A stretch of DNA of 64,000 bases from the human T2T-CHM13v2.0 reference genome, Homo sapiens, in assembly GCF_009914755.1 (NCBI RefSeq), contig NC_060934.1; one strand, 5' to 3'. The first letter of the stretch is position 1. Every line of letters starts with the position of its first letter. The translations under genes were made by a program, and so were the position numbers. This document shows, piece by piece, positions 14,371-30,441 of the stretch. The notes under the pieces were generated by a model. That model saw nothing but the letters and a program-made list of their open reading frames with translations. It was not told the origin of the DNA and did not search any database.

Positions 14371-17227
14371 GGTGTTTGTCTTTTGTAACATAATTTTGGA
14401 CCGCTTTATAAAATTCACAATTCATGTATGCTTCCCACATTGGGGGCCAAGTATGATATTTAAAGTAGTTTGAAAGAATGAGAGGTTGGGAAACATAGCT
14501 GTGCCTCTTTGAAGTAGGTACCCAAGCTCCATTAAGTATTCATTCATAGGTACACATGCAATCGCAGATATTTCTGTGCTGATAATCTTCAAAAACCATT
14601 TACTGTGCGTTTATTTATATGTGGCTTTTTGTCCTTTTCAGGAGTGATTACTTAGTGTGCAAACAAAACTCAGTTTATTTACCTACTTATTGATATTACT
14701 GGCTTTTCTAGGAAGTTTCAGCTTCCATCCCCATCCTCAAAATGAGAAAGTTATGGAAACCTCTCCTGGGTATTGATCATGAAGTCATTAGGGATGTTGA
14801 GAATTAGGACACATACTCCTTCTTGTGTTGTTATAATAGTTAGAAAAAAAAGTAACAAAAAGTTGTAATATAGGAATAAGTTTGTTACTATAATACTTTC
14901 CTGGTTTTAATTTAGCAAGATGAAAAACAGTTCAGAACTAGAATGGAGAAACCTCTCATTTTATCGATAAGAAAATCCAGCCCCTGAGAGATTAAGTTTC
15001 CAAAGGTAACACAGCCAGGTTGAAAAGTTTATGCATGTATATTTAGCCTTATTCCAGCATATGAAATAAAAACACTTCTAGAAGATTAAAACTATAAGTT
15101 AATAAATTAAGGCTAAGTGAAAATAAGTATAGAAAAATTAGTTGAAATCAAGGGTGAGGTTAAGATATCAAATGGATTCCATGAGGGCAAGGATACTGTT
15201 CTCACCCAGTGCCAGCAGGAAGGGCTTTCCTGGAGTTTTCTAGTAGCAGTGCAAATGGGAGGAAAAAAAAAATAAGTCATAGTAGCCATAAGATAAAAAC
15301 CAACCAGTCACTGAGATGAAATTCAAATATTCCTGGCACCAAGTCTTGGAAGAAATTTCTCCTGTGGATCTTTATGTAGACAATAGTGTAAAATGTAGTG
15401 AATGATGAGCATTCTTACATGGAATACAATAATTATTTTCATGGCTCTATTTCTGTTAATTTCCCCAAATGTGTGCTGATGTTTGAATACTTAAATACAG
15501 CACAGGCAAATCAATTCTGTGGGGGTGTCATAATGTGGTCCTGATACACTGTTCTTGGCTGATGTTAATGCAGGTACTTTTAGAGTGTCTAGATCACGGT
15601 TGGCCAGTGTGCAGCCCACATGTTACTGCTACATGACTATGGTAGACACACATGGTTCTCTTTCCCATTTCATTCAGAATCATCCTCAGAACCATTCTTA
15701 GGACTCTAAGCAGGTTCTATGCATGAAATCTTTTTTTTCTCCTGGATCTTGAAAAATAGGAGGGCTGCAAATCCTTCATATAAACTTTTATAAATACTGC
15801 TGGTCTTTACTGAGTTTTCAAAAGGTATTCACTGAGTGAAACCAAATTCGAGGTTCTATTACCTATCAAGAACAAGAAGACAGTTGATTGTGAAGCTATG
15901 TGCTATTATAGTAGGTGAACCTGGGGATAGAATGCCATGTGCTAATGATGGCTGAGGCATCTACCTAGACACTCCTGAAGAGAAGTACATGCTCTCAGAT
16001 GCCAGAAGACACCCTGAGGGAGGGCCAGGAAACACCTGGTTAGGGATGGCACCTAAGCTAGAATCTGAGACTTTTTCTCTACTTCCTCTTTTGCTGACAT
16101 GTGAACCATGTTCTTTAATCCAGTTTCACCAGAATTCATAAAACCTTAGTTGACTTTCATATGTGCACCGTATGTCATTGAGGGCCTGCTAGAAATGGAC
16201 CATTTTGGAACTGAGGCCCCTTTTATTTATATTAGAGTAGCTCTGTGAATTGACAAATCCAAGATAGGAAAACCAATAGCAATGTCAAACCTAGCAGCTG
16301 AACCAGTCCTTTTGGGCAGCAAGCAAATATGTGTAGGGGTAATAGAGAGTTCTCTGTTCTCAAATGAAATATTAGGTGATCATGTTGAAGAGACATAACA
16401 TAGTATAGATATGTATGTCTTTCAGTTGCATGGTTCTTCCAGGAAAGTCTAATTTTTAGTACATTTAATTGAAAGAGATTTGTCCAGGCCCAAAATATCA
16501 ACTCAATAGTAATTAACTACTAGCCATCATTGATGAAATATTGGTTTAACATTTTATCATTTTAAATGACACAAATGAGATTCCATTATACTCCAGGGTG
16601 GGAGTTGTTGGATGACACCTCCAAGAGCAAATTAAAATTCACTCTGCAGAAACATTTAGGAAACTAATAACACACATTTGTCCCTATGCCTTTGGTTAAA
16701 GATGAAATCTGTCAGTAAACTGTGAATAATTTTGAGCCCAGTGTGTTCTTCTAAAACAACAAGAATTTTAAAACAGTATTTTAAAGAGCCTGAATATTAA
16801 ATATTTTTTAATTTATTCTACATTTTTTACTAAATATTATGACAAGTAACATTTTTCTATTCGTGATCTCAAAGAGAGAATATGGTTCCTTACAGCTTAA
16901 TAATGTCAAGTGTTAGTATAACTTATTTTCAGATGGAAATTTCAGAGAAACAAGGTACACTGGAAGGAACAGCAGCATATACCATTTCTGAAAATAATCT
17001 TTTTTTTTTTTTTTTTTTTTTTATTATACTCTAAGTTTTAGGGTACATGTGCACATTGTGCAGGTTAGTTACATATGTATACATGTGCCATGCTGGTGCG
17101 CTGCACCCACTAACGTGTCATCTAGCATTAGGTATATCTCCCAATGCTATCCCTCCCCCCTCCCCCGACCCCACCACAGTCCCCAGAGTGTGATATTCCC
17201 CTTCCTGTGTCCATGTGATCTCATTGT

Positions 17228-21078
<3,851 letters not shown>

Positions 21079-21117
21079 TCATTAGTTGATGCAGTTTCTT
21101 CCTAGTCTCGATGGTCT

Positions 21118-22134
21118 TTACATTTTGGCATGATTTTGCAGCGGCTGGTACTGGTTGTTCCTTTCCATGTTTAGCGCTTCCTTCAGGAGCTCTTTTAGGG
21201 CAGGCCTGGGGGTGACAAAATCTCTCAGCATTTGCTTGTCTATAAAGTATTTTGTTTCTCCTTCACTTATGAAGCTTAGTTTGGCTGGATATGAAATTCT
21301 GGGTTGAAAATTCTTTTCTTTAAGAATGTTGAATATTGGCCCCCACTCTCTTCTGGCTTGTAGGGTTTCTGCCAAGGGATCCGCTGTTAGTCTGATGGGC
21401 TTTCCTTTGAGGGTAACCCGACCTTTCTCTCTGGCTGCCCTTAACATTTTTTCCTTCATTTCAACTTTGGTGAATCTGACAATTATGTGTCTTGGAGTTG
21501 CTCTTCTCGAGGAGTATCTTTGTGGCGTTCTCTGTATTTCCTGAATCTGAACGTTGGCCTGCCTTGCTAGATTGGGGAAGTTCTCCTGGATAATATCCTG
21601 CAGAGTGTTTTCCAACTTGGTTCCATTCTCCACATCACTTTCAGGTACACCAATCAGACGTAGATTTGGTCTTTTCACATAGTCCCATATTTCTTGGAGG
21701 CTTTGCTCATTTCTTTTTATTCTTTTTTCTCTAAACTTCCCTTCTCGCTTCATTTCATTCATTTCATTTTCCATTGCTGATACCCTTTCTTCCAGTTGAT
21801 TGCATCGGCTCCTGAGGCTTCTGCATTCTTCACGTAGTTCTCGAGCCTTGGTTTTCAGCTCCATCAGCTCCTTTAAGCACTTCTCTGTATTGGTTATTCT
21901 AGTTATACATTCTTCTAAATTTTTTTCAAAGTTTTCAACTTCTTTGCCTTTGGTTTGAATGTCCTCCCGTAGCTCAGAGTAATTTGATCGTCTGAAGCCT
22001 TCTTCTCTCAGCTCGTCAAAATCATTCTCCATCCAGCTTTGTTCCGTTGCTGGTGAGGAACTGCGTTCCTTTGGAGGAGGAGAGGCGCTCTGCGTTTTAG
22101 AGTTTCCAGTTTTTCTGTTCTGTTTTTTCCCCAT
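21118..22134 (-). CDS. L1 ORF1p, intact 338 aa
   Basis: MGKKQNRKTGNSK...NHAKM, canonical length. REKG, ARR and YPAKLS motifs are present. Confidence 0.93.
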   Translation of the reverse strand: MGKKQNRKTGNSKTQSASPPPKERSSSPATEQSWMENDFDELREEGFRRSNYSELREDIQTKGKEVENFEKNLEECITRITNTEKCLKELMELKTKARELREECRSLRSRCNQLEERVSAMENEMNEMKREGKFREKRIKRNEQSLQEIWDYVKRPNLRLIGVPESDVENGTKLENTLQDIIQENFPNLARQANVQIQEIQRTPQRYSSRRATPRHIIVRFTKVEMKEKMLRAAREKGRVTLKGKPIRLTADPLAETLQARREWGPIFNILKEKNFQPRISYPAKLSFISEGETKYFIDKQMLRDFVTPRPALKELLKEALNMERNNQYQPLQNHAKM

Positions 22135-23042
22135 CTTTGTGGTTTTATCTACTTTTGGTCTTTGATGATGGTGATGTACAGATGGGTTTTCGGTGTAGAT
22201 GTCCTTTCTGGTTGTTAGTTTTCCTTCTAACAGACAGGACCCTCAGCTGCAGGTCTGTTGGAATACCCTGCCGTGTGAGGTGTCAGTGTGCCCCTGCTGG
22301 GGGGTGCCTCCCAGTTAGGCTGCTCGGGGGTCAGGGGTCAGGGACCCACTTGAGGAGGCAGTCTGCCCGTTCTCAGATCTCCAGCTGCGTGCTGGGAGAA
22401 CCACTGCTCTCTTCAAAGCTGTCAGACAGGGACACTTAAGTCTGCAGAGGTTACTGCTGTCTTTTTGTTTGTCTGTGCCCTGCCCCCAGAGGTGGAGCCT
22501 ACAGAGGCAGGCAGGCCTCCTTGAGCTGTGGTGGGCTCCACCCAGTTCGAGCTTCCCGGCTGCTTTGTTTACCTAAGCAAGCCTGGGCAATGGCGGGCGC
22601 CCCTCCCCCAGCCTCGTTGCTGCCTTGCAGTTTGATCTCAGACTGCTGTGCTAGCAATCAGCGCGATTCCGTGGGCGTAGGACCCTCTGAGCCAGGTGTG
22701 GGATATAGTCTCGTGGTGCGCCGTTTCTTAAGCCGGTCTGAAAAGCGCAATATTCGGGTGGGAGTGACCCGATTTTCCAGGTGCGTCCGTCACCCCTTTC
22801 TTTGACTCGGAAAGGGAACTCCCTGACCCCTTGCGCTTCCCAGGTGAGGCAATGTCTCGCCCTGCTTCGGCTCGCGCACGGTGCGCACACACACTGGCCT
22901 GCGCCCACTGTCTGGCACTCTCTAGTGAGATGAACCCGGTACCTCAGATGGAAATGCAGAAATCACCCGTCTTCTGCGTCGCTCACGCTGGGAGCTGTAG
23001 ACCGGAGCTGTTCCTATTCGGCCGTCTTGGCTCCTCCTCCCC
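22135..23042. promoter_or_regulatory. L1 5'UTR bidirectional promoter (sense - strand; antisense promoter firing + strand, same direction as GPR158)
   Basis: CpG-rich complete 5'UTR. + strand donors cag|gtgtgg (22696), cag|gtgcgt (22781) and cag|gtgagg (22844). Antisense promoter activity is established for L1HS in general, not shown for this copy. Confidence 0.75.
22590..22805 (+). CDS. L1 ORF0 (71 aa, primate antisense 5'UTR ORF), intact
   Basis: ATG at 22590. MAGAPPPASLLPCSLISDCCASNQRDSVGVGPSEPG...RCVRHPFL is 71 aa within track ORF 22521..22805. Internal donors at 22696 and 22781. Confidence 0.85.
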   Translation: MAGAPPPASLLPCSLISDCCASNQRDSVGVGPSEPGVGYSLVVRRFLSRSEKRNIRVGVTRFSRCVRHPFL

Positions 23043-23344
23043 GAAAATAATCTTTTGTTTGACTTATTTTTAGTAAATTTTAGCATGTTTTGAGTTTAGT
23101 AATTTAGAAGAAAAGACTGATTTTTAAAAAACATGGACACACTGTAGTTGGTATTTTCTCCTCTATTGCTATAATCTTTCTTTTAAAAAAATTAGAAGTT
23201 GACAAGAGATTTAATAACAATGCTAATTTTTTGTTTGAAAAATGAGATGTTTTAATATAGTATGTGAAGTGATTTTTTAAGTGAAATTCTAATATGCTAA
23301 TTATGATGTTCTAATGACTATTTTGGTAAAATAAAGTTAGGTAT

Positions 23345-25485
23345 GTCATATTTTTATTTTAGTAAAATTTTTATTGTTCATTTTCAGAACTTTTTTTTAT
23401 CATCACAAACCAAACTCTCTACCCATTATACAATAACATCCCATTTTTCTATCCCTTGGTAACCTCTCTTCTACTTTCTGTTGCTACAAATTTGCCTATG
23501 TTTATGCCTTCTATAAGTGGAATCGTATAATATTTATTCATTTGTATCTGACTTATTTTATTTAGCATAATGTTTTCAAGATTCATTGATATGGTACCAT
23601 ATATTATAACCTGATTTCTTCTTGATGATGAATAACATTTTATCATATCTATATACCACATTTTGTTTTTCCATTCATCTGTTGATGGCCATTTGAGTTG
23701 TTTCTACTTTTTGGCTATTGTGAATGATGCTGCTGTGAACATTCTTGTACAAGTGTCTATATGAATATTTGTTTTAAATTCTTTTGCTATATACCTAGTA
23801 ATGGAATTGCTGGATCATATAATTCTATGTTTAGTGATTTGAGGAACCACCAAACCATTTTTCACAGAGGCCCCACCATTTTCCACCAGTTTGGAAGGTT
23901 TACAGTTCCTCCATACCCTAACCTACATTTGTCATTTTCTGTTGTTTTGTTGTTGTTGTTGTTGTTGTTTTAGTATTAGCCATCTTAATGAGTGTGAAGT
24001 GGTATCTCATTGTGGGTTTGACTTCCATTTTCCTAATGATTAGTGACAGTTGAACATCTTTTCATGTGCCATGAGCCATTTATATATCTTCTTTGAAGTA
24101 ATGTCTATTCAAGTCTTTTGCCCATTTTATTTTCACAAGTCTATGTTATGGTTCACTCTTGATGTTGTACATTCTGTGACTTTGGACAAATGTATAATGC
24201 ATTTATCCATGATTATATTATCACGCAGACTAGTTTTACTACTCTAAAAATCCTCTATGTTCTGCCTTTGCCCATTTCTTAATCAGGTTATTTGGTTTTT
24301 CATTGTTGAGTTGTAGGAGTTCCTTATATATGCTGTATATTAATCTCTTACTAGATATATGGTTTGCAAATATTTTCTCCCATTCTGTGATTTTTCTTTT
24401 TACTTTCTTAATAGGGTCTTTTGAAGCCCCAGAGTTATTTATTTATTTACTTGAGACTAGGTTTTGCTCAGTTACTCAGGCTATAATGCAGTGGTATGAT
24501 CATAGCTCACTGCAGCCTCAAACTCCGGGGCTCAAGCAACCCTCCCACCTCAGCTTTCTGAGGAGCTAGGACTACAGCTGCATGCCACCAACTCCAGCTA
24601 TTTTTGAAATATTTTTTGTAGAGATGGAGTCTTGCTATGTTGCCGAGACTGGCCTCGAACTCCTGTCCTCAAGCAATCCTCCTGCCCCAGCCTCCCAAAA
24701 TGCTGGGATTACCAGCATAAGCCACCTTACTTGGCCCCCAGTGTCTTTAATTTTGATGAAGTGTATCTATTTTTTCTTTTGTCACTTGTGCTTTTGGTGT
24801 CATATGCAAGAAATGATAGCCCAATCTGAAGTCATAATGCTTTTCCTCTATGTTTTCTTCTGGGAGTTTTACAGTTTTAGGATTCACATTAGGTCTTTAA
24901 TCCATTTTGAGTTAATTTTTATGTATAGTATAAGATCAGAATCCAACTTCATTCTTTTTTGCATATGAATTTCCAGTTTTCCCAACACCATTTGTTGAAG
25001 ACATAGTCCTTTCCCTGTAGAGTTGTCCTGTCAGCCTTGCCAAAGATCATTTTATCATATATGTTAAGGTGTATTTCTGGGCTTTTTACTCTATTCCGTT
25101 GGTCTGTGTGCCTCTCTTTATGCCAGTACTACATTGTTTTGATTACTATAGCTTTGTAGTAAATTTTGAAATCAGAAAGAGTGAGGCCCCCAACTTTATT
25201 CTTTTTAAAATTGTATTGGCTATTTGAGCTGCCTTGAAATTTTATGTAGATTTTAGGATGTGTTTTTCTGTTTCTACAAAACTATTGCTGGGATTTTGAT
25301 CAAGTTTGCATTTAATCTGTAGATTGCTTTGGGTAGTATTGACATCTTAACAGTATTAAGTGTTCTAATCAATAAACACAAAATATCTTTCTACTTATAT
25401 GTGTCTTTCATTTCACTTAGTAATGTTTTTAGTTTTCAGTATATGAGCCTTTTGCCTCCTTGGTTAAATTTATTCCTAAGTATTA
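23345..25485 (-). mobile_element. Old L1M (MA/MB) fragment
   Basis: Antisense ORF2 C-terminal and 3'UTR motifs. ORF 23449..23661 resembles MWYI...NLENIML. Confidence 0.8.
24435..24738 (-). mobile_element. AluJ inside the L1M
   Basis: (TTTA)n tail, gatcatagctcactgcagcctcaaactcc, and the ggcc end. Confidence 0.88.
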
Positions 25486-26529
25486 CGATATATCACTTTT
25501 TATAAATAGGTTTTATGATTTGTATTGTCCTTTAGTTAAATGGATTATCTCACATATTATCTTCCATAGTCCCAATGAATATCAAGTCTATGATTTTTCT
25601 TTTGTACTTAGCAATTGATGTTCCTCCTTCGTGCTTTCTATTTCCTGTGATTTATGGGAGGGAAGTATGGTATAATATGTGAAAATACATAATACATAAA
25701 AACTGGTCTAATGGTTAGAAGCCAAGACCTGTAGCATTTCTTGTACCTTTAGTCCACCTATAGAGGTATTGTAGAAGTTCCTTACTGATTTATAAATTTT
25801 TTTTCTTAAACCTAATTCTAGTAGTGGCCAGCTGCTGTACCCAATATAGGATGATGTTATTTACTTCTATAGGTTTATAATGGATGATACTTCCTTCAAT
25901 TTTTGTTTTTCTAAGGTCTACAAAATTAATCTTAAATCTTATTCTATTGAACTAATAAATATAACATTACTTTAATTCTATTGAACTAATAAAATATCAC
26001 ATTATTAAAACAATATTATTTTTGCTCCCTTTAATGGAATATGAATAAAAAATTTGGTGCTTTTATTTTTTCCTTTTCTCCCCCTTCCCAGTTTATTAAA
26101 ATTTAATCAAGAGTTACTTGCCATCAATTTTCAATAAGAGCAACCAATTTCAAAGGCAAAACAATTCTCTAATGTTTTTTGATTCTCACCACATTTAAGG
26201 AAATTGTGGGGACTTTCTATATGTTTATTTTGTATAATTGCTCACTATTGGACCTTTCTAACTGTAATTTCTTGCTTTTGAGTTCTGACTTTTGGCCAAT
26301 ATTTTCTCATTATGAATTGTCTGTATCCTCAAGTCGTTTGTTCAGTAAATGGTAGTTTTAGATGCCTGTCACACCTGACCATTCACCCACCACCGACTGT
26401 TGCTTCTATATGGCAACAACGTGGCTCTGGGCAGCATTTGGGGTTACTGTCTTTTTGTCCAAAAGCCCTGTTATTACCACTTTATTTATCATCTAGAATT
26501 GAACATGGCCCACTTTTTGTCCTTTATAG

Positions 26530-26830
26530 CAGGGGTCCGAAACCCCTGGGGCTGCACAGCAGGAAGTGAGTGGCGATGGGTGAGCCAGCATTACCACCTA
26601 CGCTCCACCTGCTGTCAGATTAGCCTTGGTATTAGATTCTCATAGGGGCACAAACCCTATTGTGAACTGCACATGTGCACTCCTTATGAGAATCTAATGC
26701 CTGATGATCTGAGGTGGAAAAGTTTCCTCCTGAAACCATCACCCCCACACACACCCTCCACACCTCTGTCCATGGAAAAATTATCTTCCACGAACCCAGT
26801 TCCTGGTGCCAAAATGGTTGGAAACTGCTG
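26530..26830 (+). mobile_element. MER1B-like hAT MITE
   Basis: caggggtccg...gaaactgctg termini with an 8-bp near-TSD ctttatag/ctttatat. Confidence 0.8.
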
Positions 26831-27351
26831 CTTTATATAACAAAATTCCTCATCTGAATGCTTTTTGACTTTCTCTTACTATCATCTATTGTTCTCTTTT
26901 CATTGTATTTGCAAAAAAAAAAAAAATGTGACATGTACTCTCCAATTTCAGCTTGAATTTTTTCCTGAGATTGGAGAATTTCTTGTGTTATTATTTTTTA
27001 TTTCAGTAGGTTTTTGGGAAACACGTGGTGTTGGGTTACACGAATAAGTTCTTTAGTGGTGGTTTCTGAGATTTTGGTGCACCCATCACCTGAGCAGTGT
27101 ACACTGTACCTAATGTACAGTCTTTTATTCCCTTACCCCCCCCCACACTTTCCCCCAAGTCCCCAAAGTTCATTGTATCATTCTTATGCCTTTGCGTCCT
27201 CATAGCTCAGCTCCCAGTTATGAGTGAGAACATACAATGTTTGGTTTTCCATTCCTGAGTTACTTCACTTACAATAATAGTTTCCAGTTCCATCCAGGTT
27301 GCTGCGAATGCCATTGTTTTACATTTTATGGCTCAGTAGTATTCCACGGTA

Positions 27352-27499
27352 TGTCTGTGTATATATATATGTATGTGTGTGTGTATATATGTGTACACGT
27401 ATATACGTATATACGTATATACGTATATACATATACATATATATGTATATGTATATATGTGTGTATATATGTATATACACACATATACACACACACACA
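27352..27499. repeat. Compound (TA/TG/TATACG/CA) microsatellite in the L1PB 3' region
   Basis: Read directly. Confidence 0.9.
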
Positions 27500-27687
27500 C
27501 CACATTTTCTTTATCCACTAGTTGATTGATGGACATTTGGGCTGATTCCATATTTTTGCAATTGTGAATTGTGCTGCTATAAACATGCATATGCAGATAT
27601 CTTTTTAGTATAATGACTTCTTTTCTTCTGGGTAGATACCTGATAGTGGGATTGCTGGATCAAATGGTAAATCTACTTTTAGTTCTT

Positions 27688-29530
27688 TTTTTTTTTATAC
27701 TTTAAGTCCTAGGGTACATGTGCACAATGTGCAGGTTTGTTACATCTGTATACATGTGCCGTGTTGGATTGCTGCACCCATTAATTCATCATTACATTAG
27801 GTATTTCTCTTAATGCTATCCCTCCCCCATGCCCCCACCTATGACAGGCCCCAGTGTGTGATGTTTGCTGCCCTGTGTCCAGGTGTTCTCATTGTTCAAT
27901 TCCCACCTATGAGTAAGAACATGCAGTATTTGGTTCTCTGTCCTGAGATAGTTTGCCAAGAATGATGGTTTCCAGCTTCATCCATGTCCCTACAAAGGAC
28001 ATGAACTCATCCATTTTTATGGCTGCATAGTATTCCATGGTGTATATGTGCCACATTTTCTTAATCCAGTCTATCATTGATGGACATTTGGGTTGGTTCC
28101 AAGTCTTTGCTATTGTGAACAGTGCCACAATAAACATACGTGTGCATGTGTCTTTATAGTAACATGATTTATAATCCTTTGGGTATATACCCAGTAATGG
28201 GATTGCTGGGTCAAATGGTATTTCTAGTTCTAGATCCTTGAGGAATTGTCACACTGTCTTCCACAGTGGTTGAACTAATTTACACTCCCAACAGTGTAAA
28301 AGCGTTCCTATTTCTCCACATCCTCTCCAGCACTTGTTGTTTCCTGACTTTTTGATGATTGCCATTCTAACTGGTGTGAGATGGTATCTCATTGTGATTT
28401 TGATTTGCATTTCTCTGATGGCCGGTGATGATGAGCATTTTTTCTTGTGTCTGTTGGCTGCATAAACGTCTTCTTTTGAGAAGTGTCTGTTCATATCCTT
28501 TGCCCACTTTTTGATGGGGTTGTTTGATTTTTTCTTGTAAATTTAAGTTCTTTGTAGATTCAGGATATTAGCCCTTTGTCAGATGGGTAGACTGCAAAAT
28601 TTTTCTCCCATTCTGTAGGTTGCCTGTTCACTCTGATGGCATGGCAGTTTCTTTTGCTGTGCAGAAGCTCTTTAGTTTAATTAGATCCCATTTGTCAATT
28701 TTGGCTTTTGTTGCCATTGCTTTTGGTGTTGTAGACATGAAGTCCTTGCCCATGCCTATGTCCTGAATGGTATTGCCTAGGTTTTCTTCTAGGATTTTTA
28801 TGGTTTTAGGTCTAACATTTAAGTCTTTAATCCATGTTGAATTAATTTTTGTATAAGGTGTAAGGAAGGGATCCAGTTTCAGCTTTCTACATATGGCTAG
28901 CCAGTTTTCCCAGCACCTTTTATCAAATAGGGAATCCTTTCCCCATTTCTTGTTTTTGTCAGGTTTGTCAAAGATCAGATGGTAGTAGATATGTGGTGTT
29001 ATTTCTGAGGCCTCTGTTCTGTTCCATTGATCTATATCTCTGTTTTGGTACCAGTACCATGCTGTTTTGGTTACTGTAGCCTTGTAGTATACTTTGATGT
29101 CAGGTAGCATGATGCCTCCAGCTTTGTTCTTTTTGCTTAGGATTATCTTGGCAACGCGGGCTCTTTTTTGGTTCCACATGAAATTTAAAGTAGTTTTTTC
29201 CAATTCTGTGAAGAAAGTCTTTGGTAGCTTGATGGGGATGGCATTGAATCTATAATTTACCTTGGGCAGTATGGCCATTTTCACGACATTGATTCTTCCT
29301 ATCCATGAGCATGGAATGTTCTTCCATTTGTTTGTCTCCTCTTTTATTTCATTGAGCAGTGGTTTGTAGTTCTCCTTGAAGTGGTCCTTCACATCCCTTG
29401 TAAGCTAGATTCGTAGGTATTTTATTCTCTTCAATTGTGAATGGGAGTTCACTCTTGATTTGGCTGTCTGTTTGTCTGTTATTGGTGTATAGGAATGCTT
29501 GTGATTTTTGAACATTGATTTTGTATCCTG
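27688..29530 (-). mobile_element. 5'-truncated L1PA (about PA4-PA6) nested in the L1PB
   Basis: Poly-T at 27686, L1PA 3'UTR, and ORF2 C-terminal fragments (254, 81 and 76 aa ORFs). TSD agttctt at 27681-27687 and 29531-29537. Confidence 0.88.
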
Positions 29531-30441
29531 AGTTCTTGAAGGATTCTCCACACTGTTTTCCATAGTAGTTTTACAAATTTACATTTCCACCAATAGTGTA
29601 AAAGTGTTCTCTTTTCAGCACATCCATGCCAATGTCTATTATTTTTTTATTATGGCCATTCTTGCAGGAGTGAAAGTGGTATCACACTGCAGTTTTAATT
29701 TGCATTTCCCTGATAATTAGTGATGTTGAACATTTTTTCATATGTTCATCGGCCATTTGTATATCTTCTTTTGAGAGTTGTCTATTCATGTCCTTAGCCC
29801 ACCAAGAACCCAAAAGCAAAAGCAACAAAAACGAAGGTAAATATATGGTACTTAAACAAAAAAGCTCCTGTAGAGCAAAAGAAATAATTAGCAGAGTAAA
29901 CGGCCCATGGAGTGGGAGAAAATCTTCACGACCTGTGCTTCTGACAAAAGACTAATACCCAGAATCTACAAGGAATTTAAACAAATCAGCAAGAACAAAA
30001 CAAACAATCCCATTTTATGGGTTATTTCTTATATTGCCTCTTCTGCTTTAGCACTCCTGGGCTTCTCTCTTAGGACCTCCTATTGCATATAGGTTGGCTA
30101 TCCAGCTTTCTTTTTCTATATTTTTATTGTGTTATATTTGTATGGTTTCCTTTGTGCTTTGAGAAGCAGATCAAGATTGTCCTCTATTTCACTCCTTCAG
30201 CTTTCAGCAGTTTCCAAGCTGCTGTTTCCTATCTACATGTTATTTTAATATTGAGCAACTGTTTTTAATCTGTGTGCAATTGTTCTTTATGTTTTCTCTC
30301 TTTATCTGTGAAGGTATGGGGGTTAAACAAACTGAGTTAAAATTCTGGTTCTTTAATTTTCTAGTTGTATGACGCTAAGGTTGCATAGTTTAGCAAGTCA
30401 TGGAATCTCTCTAGATGAGTTTCATCATATGTAAAATATGG

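Larger units (their letters stand above)
26988..30013 (-). mobile_element. 5'-truncated, 5'-inverted L1PB1-like element interrupted by a younger L1PA
   Basis: L1PB-type 3' end (tttttgggaaacacgtggtgttgggttacacgaataagttctttagtgg). Resumes at 29531 after the nested insert. Strand switches at ~29801 to + strand ORF2 sequence ending caaacaatcccat at 30013. Confidence 0.8.

Noticed and set aside
22831-23073. 80-aa + strand ORF running out of the L1 5' end
   Set aside because: Generic frame in the L1 5'UTR antisense strand. It is not ORF0 and there is no evidence of function.
27237-27590. Tyr/Ile/Val-rich ORFs
   Set aside because: Translations of a TA/TG microsatellite.
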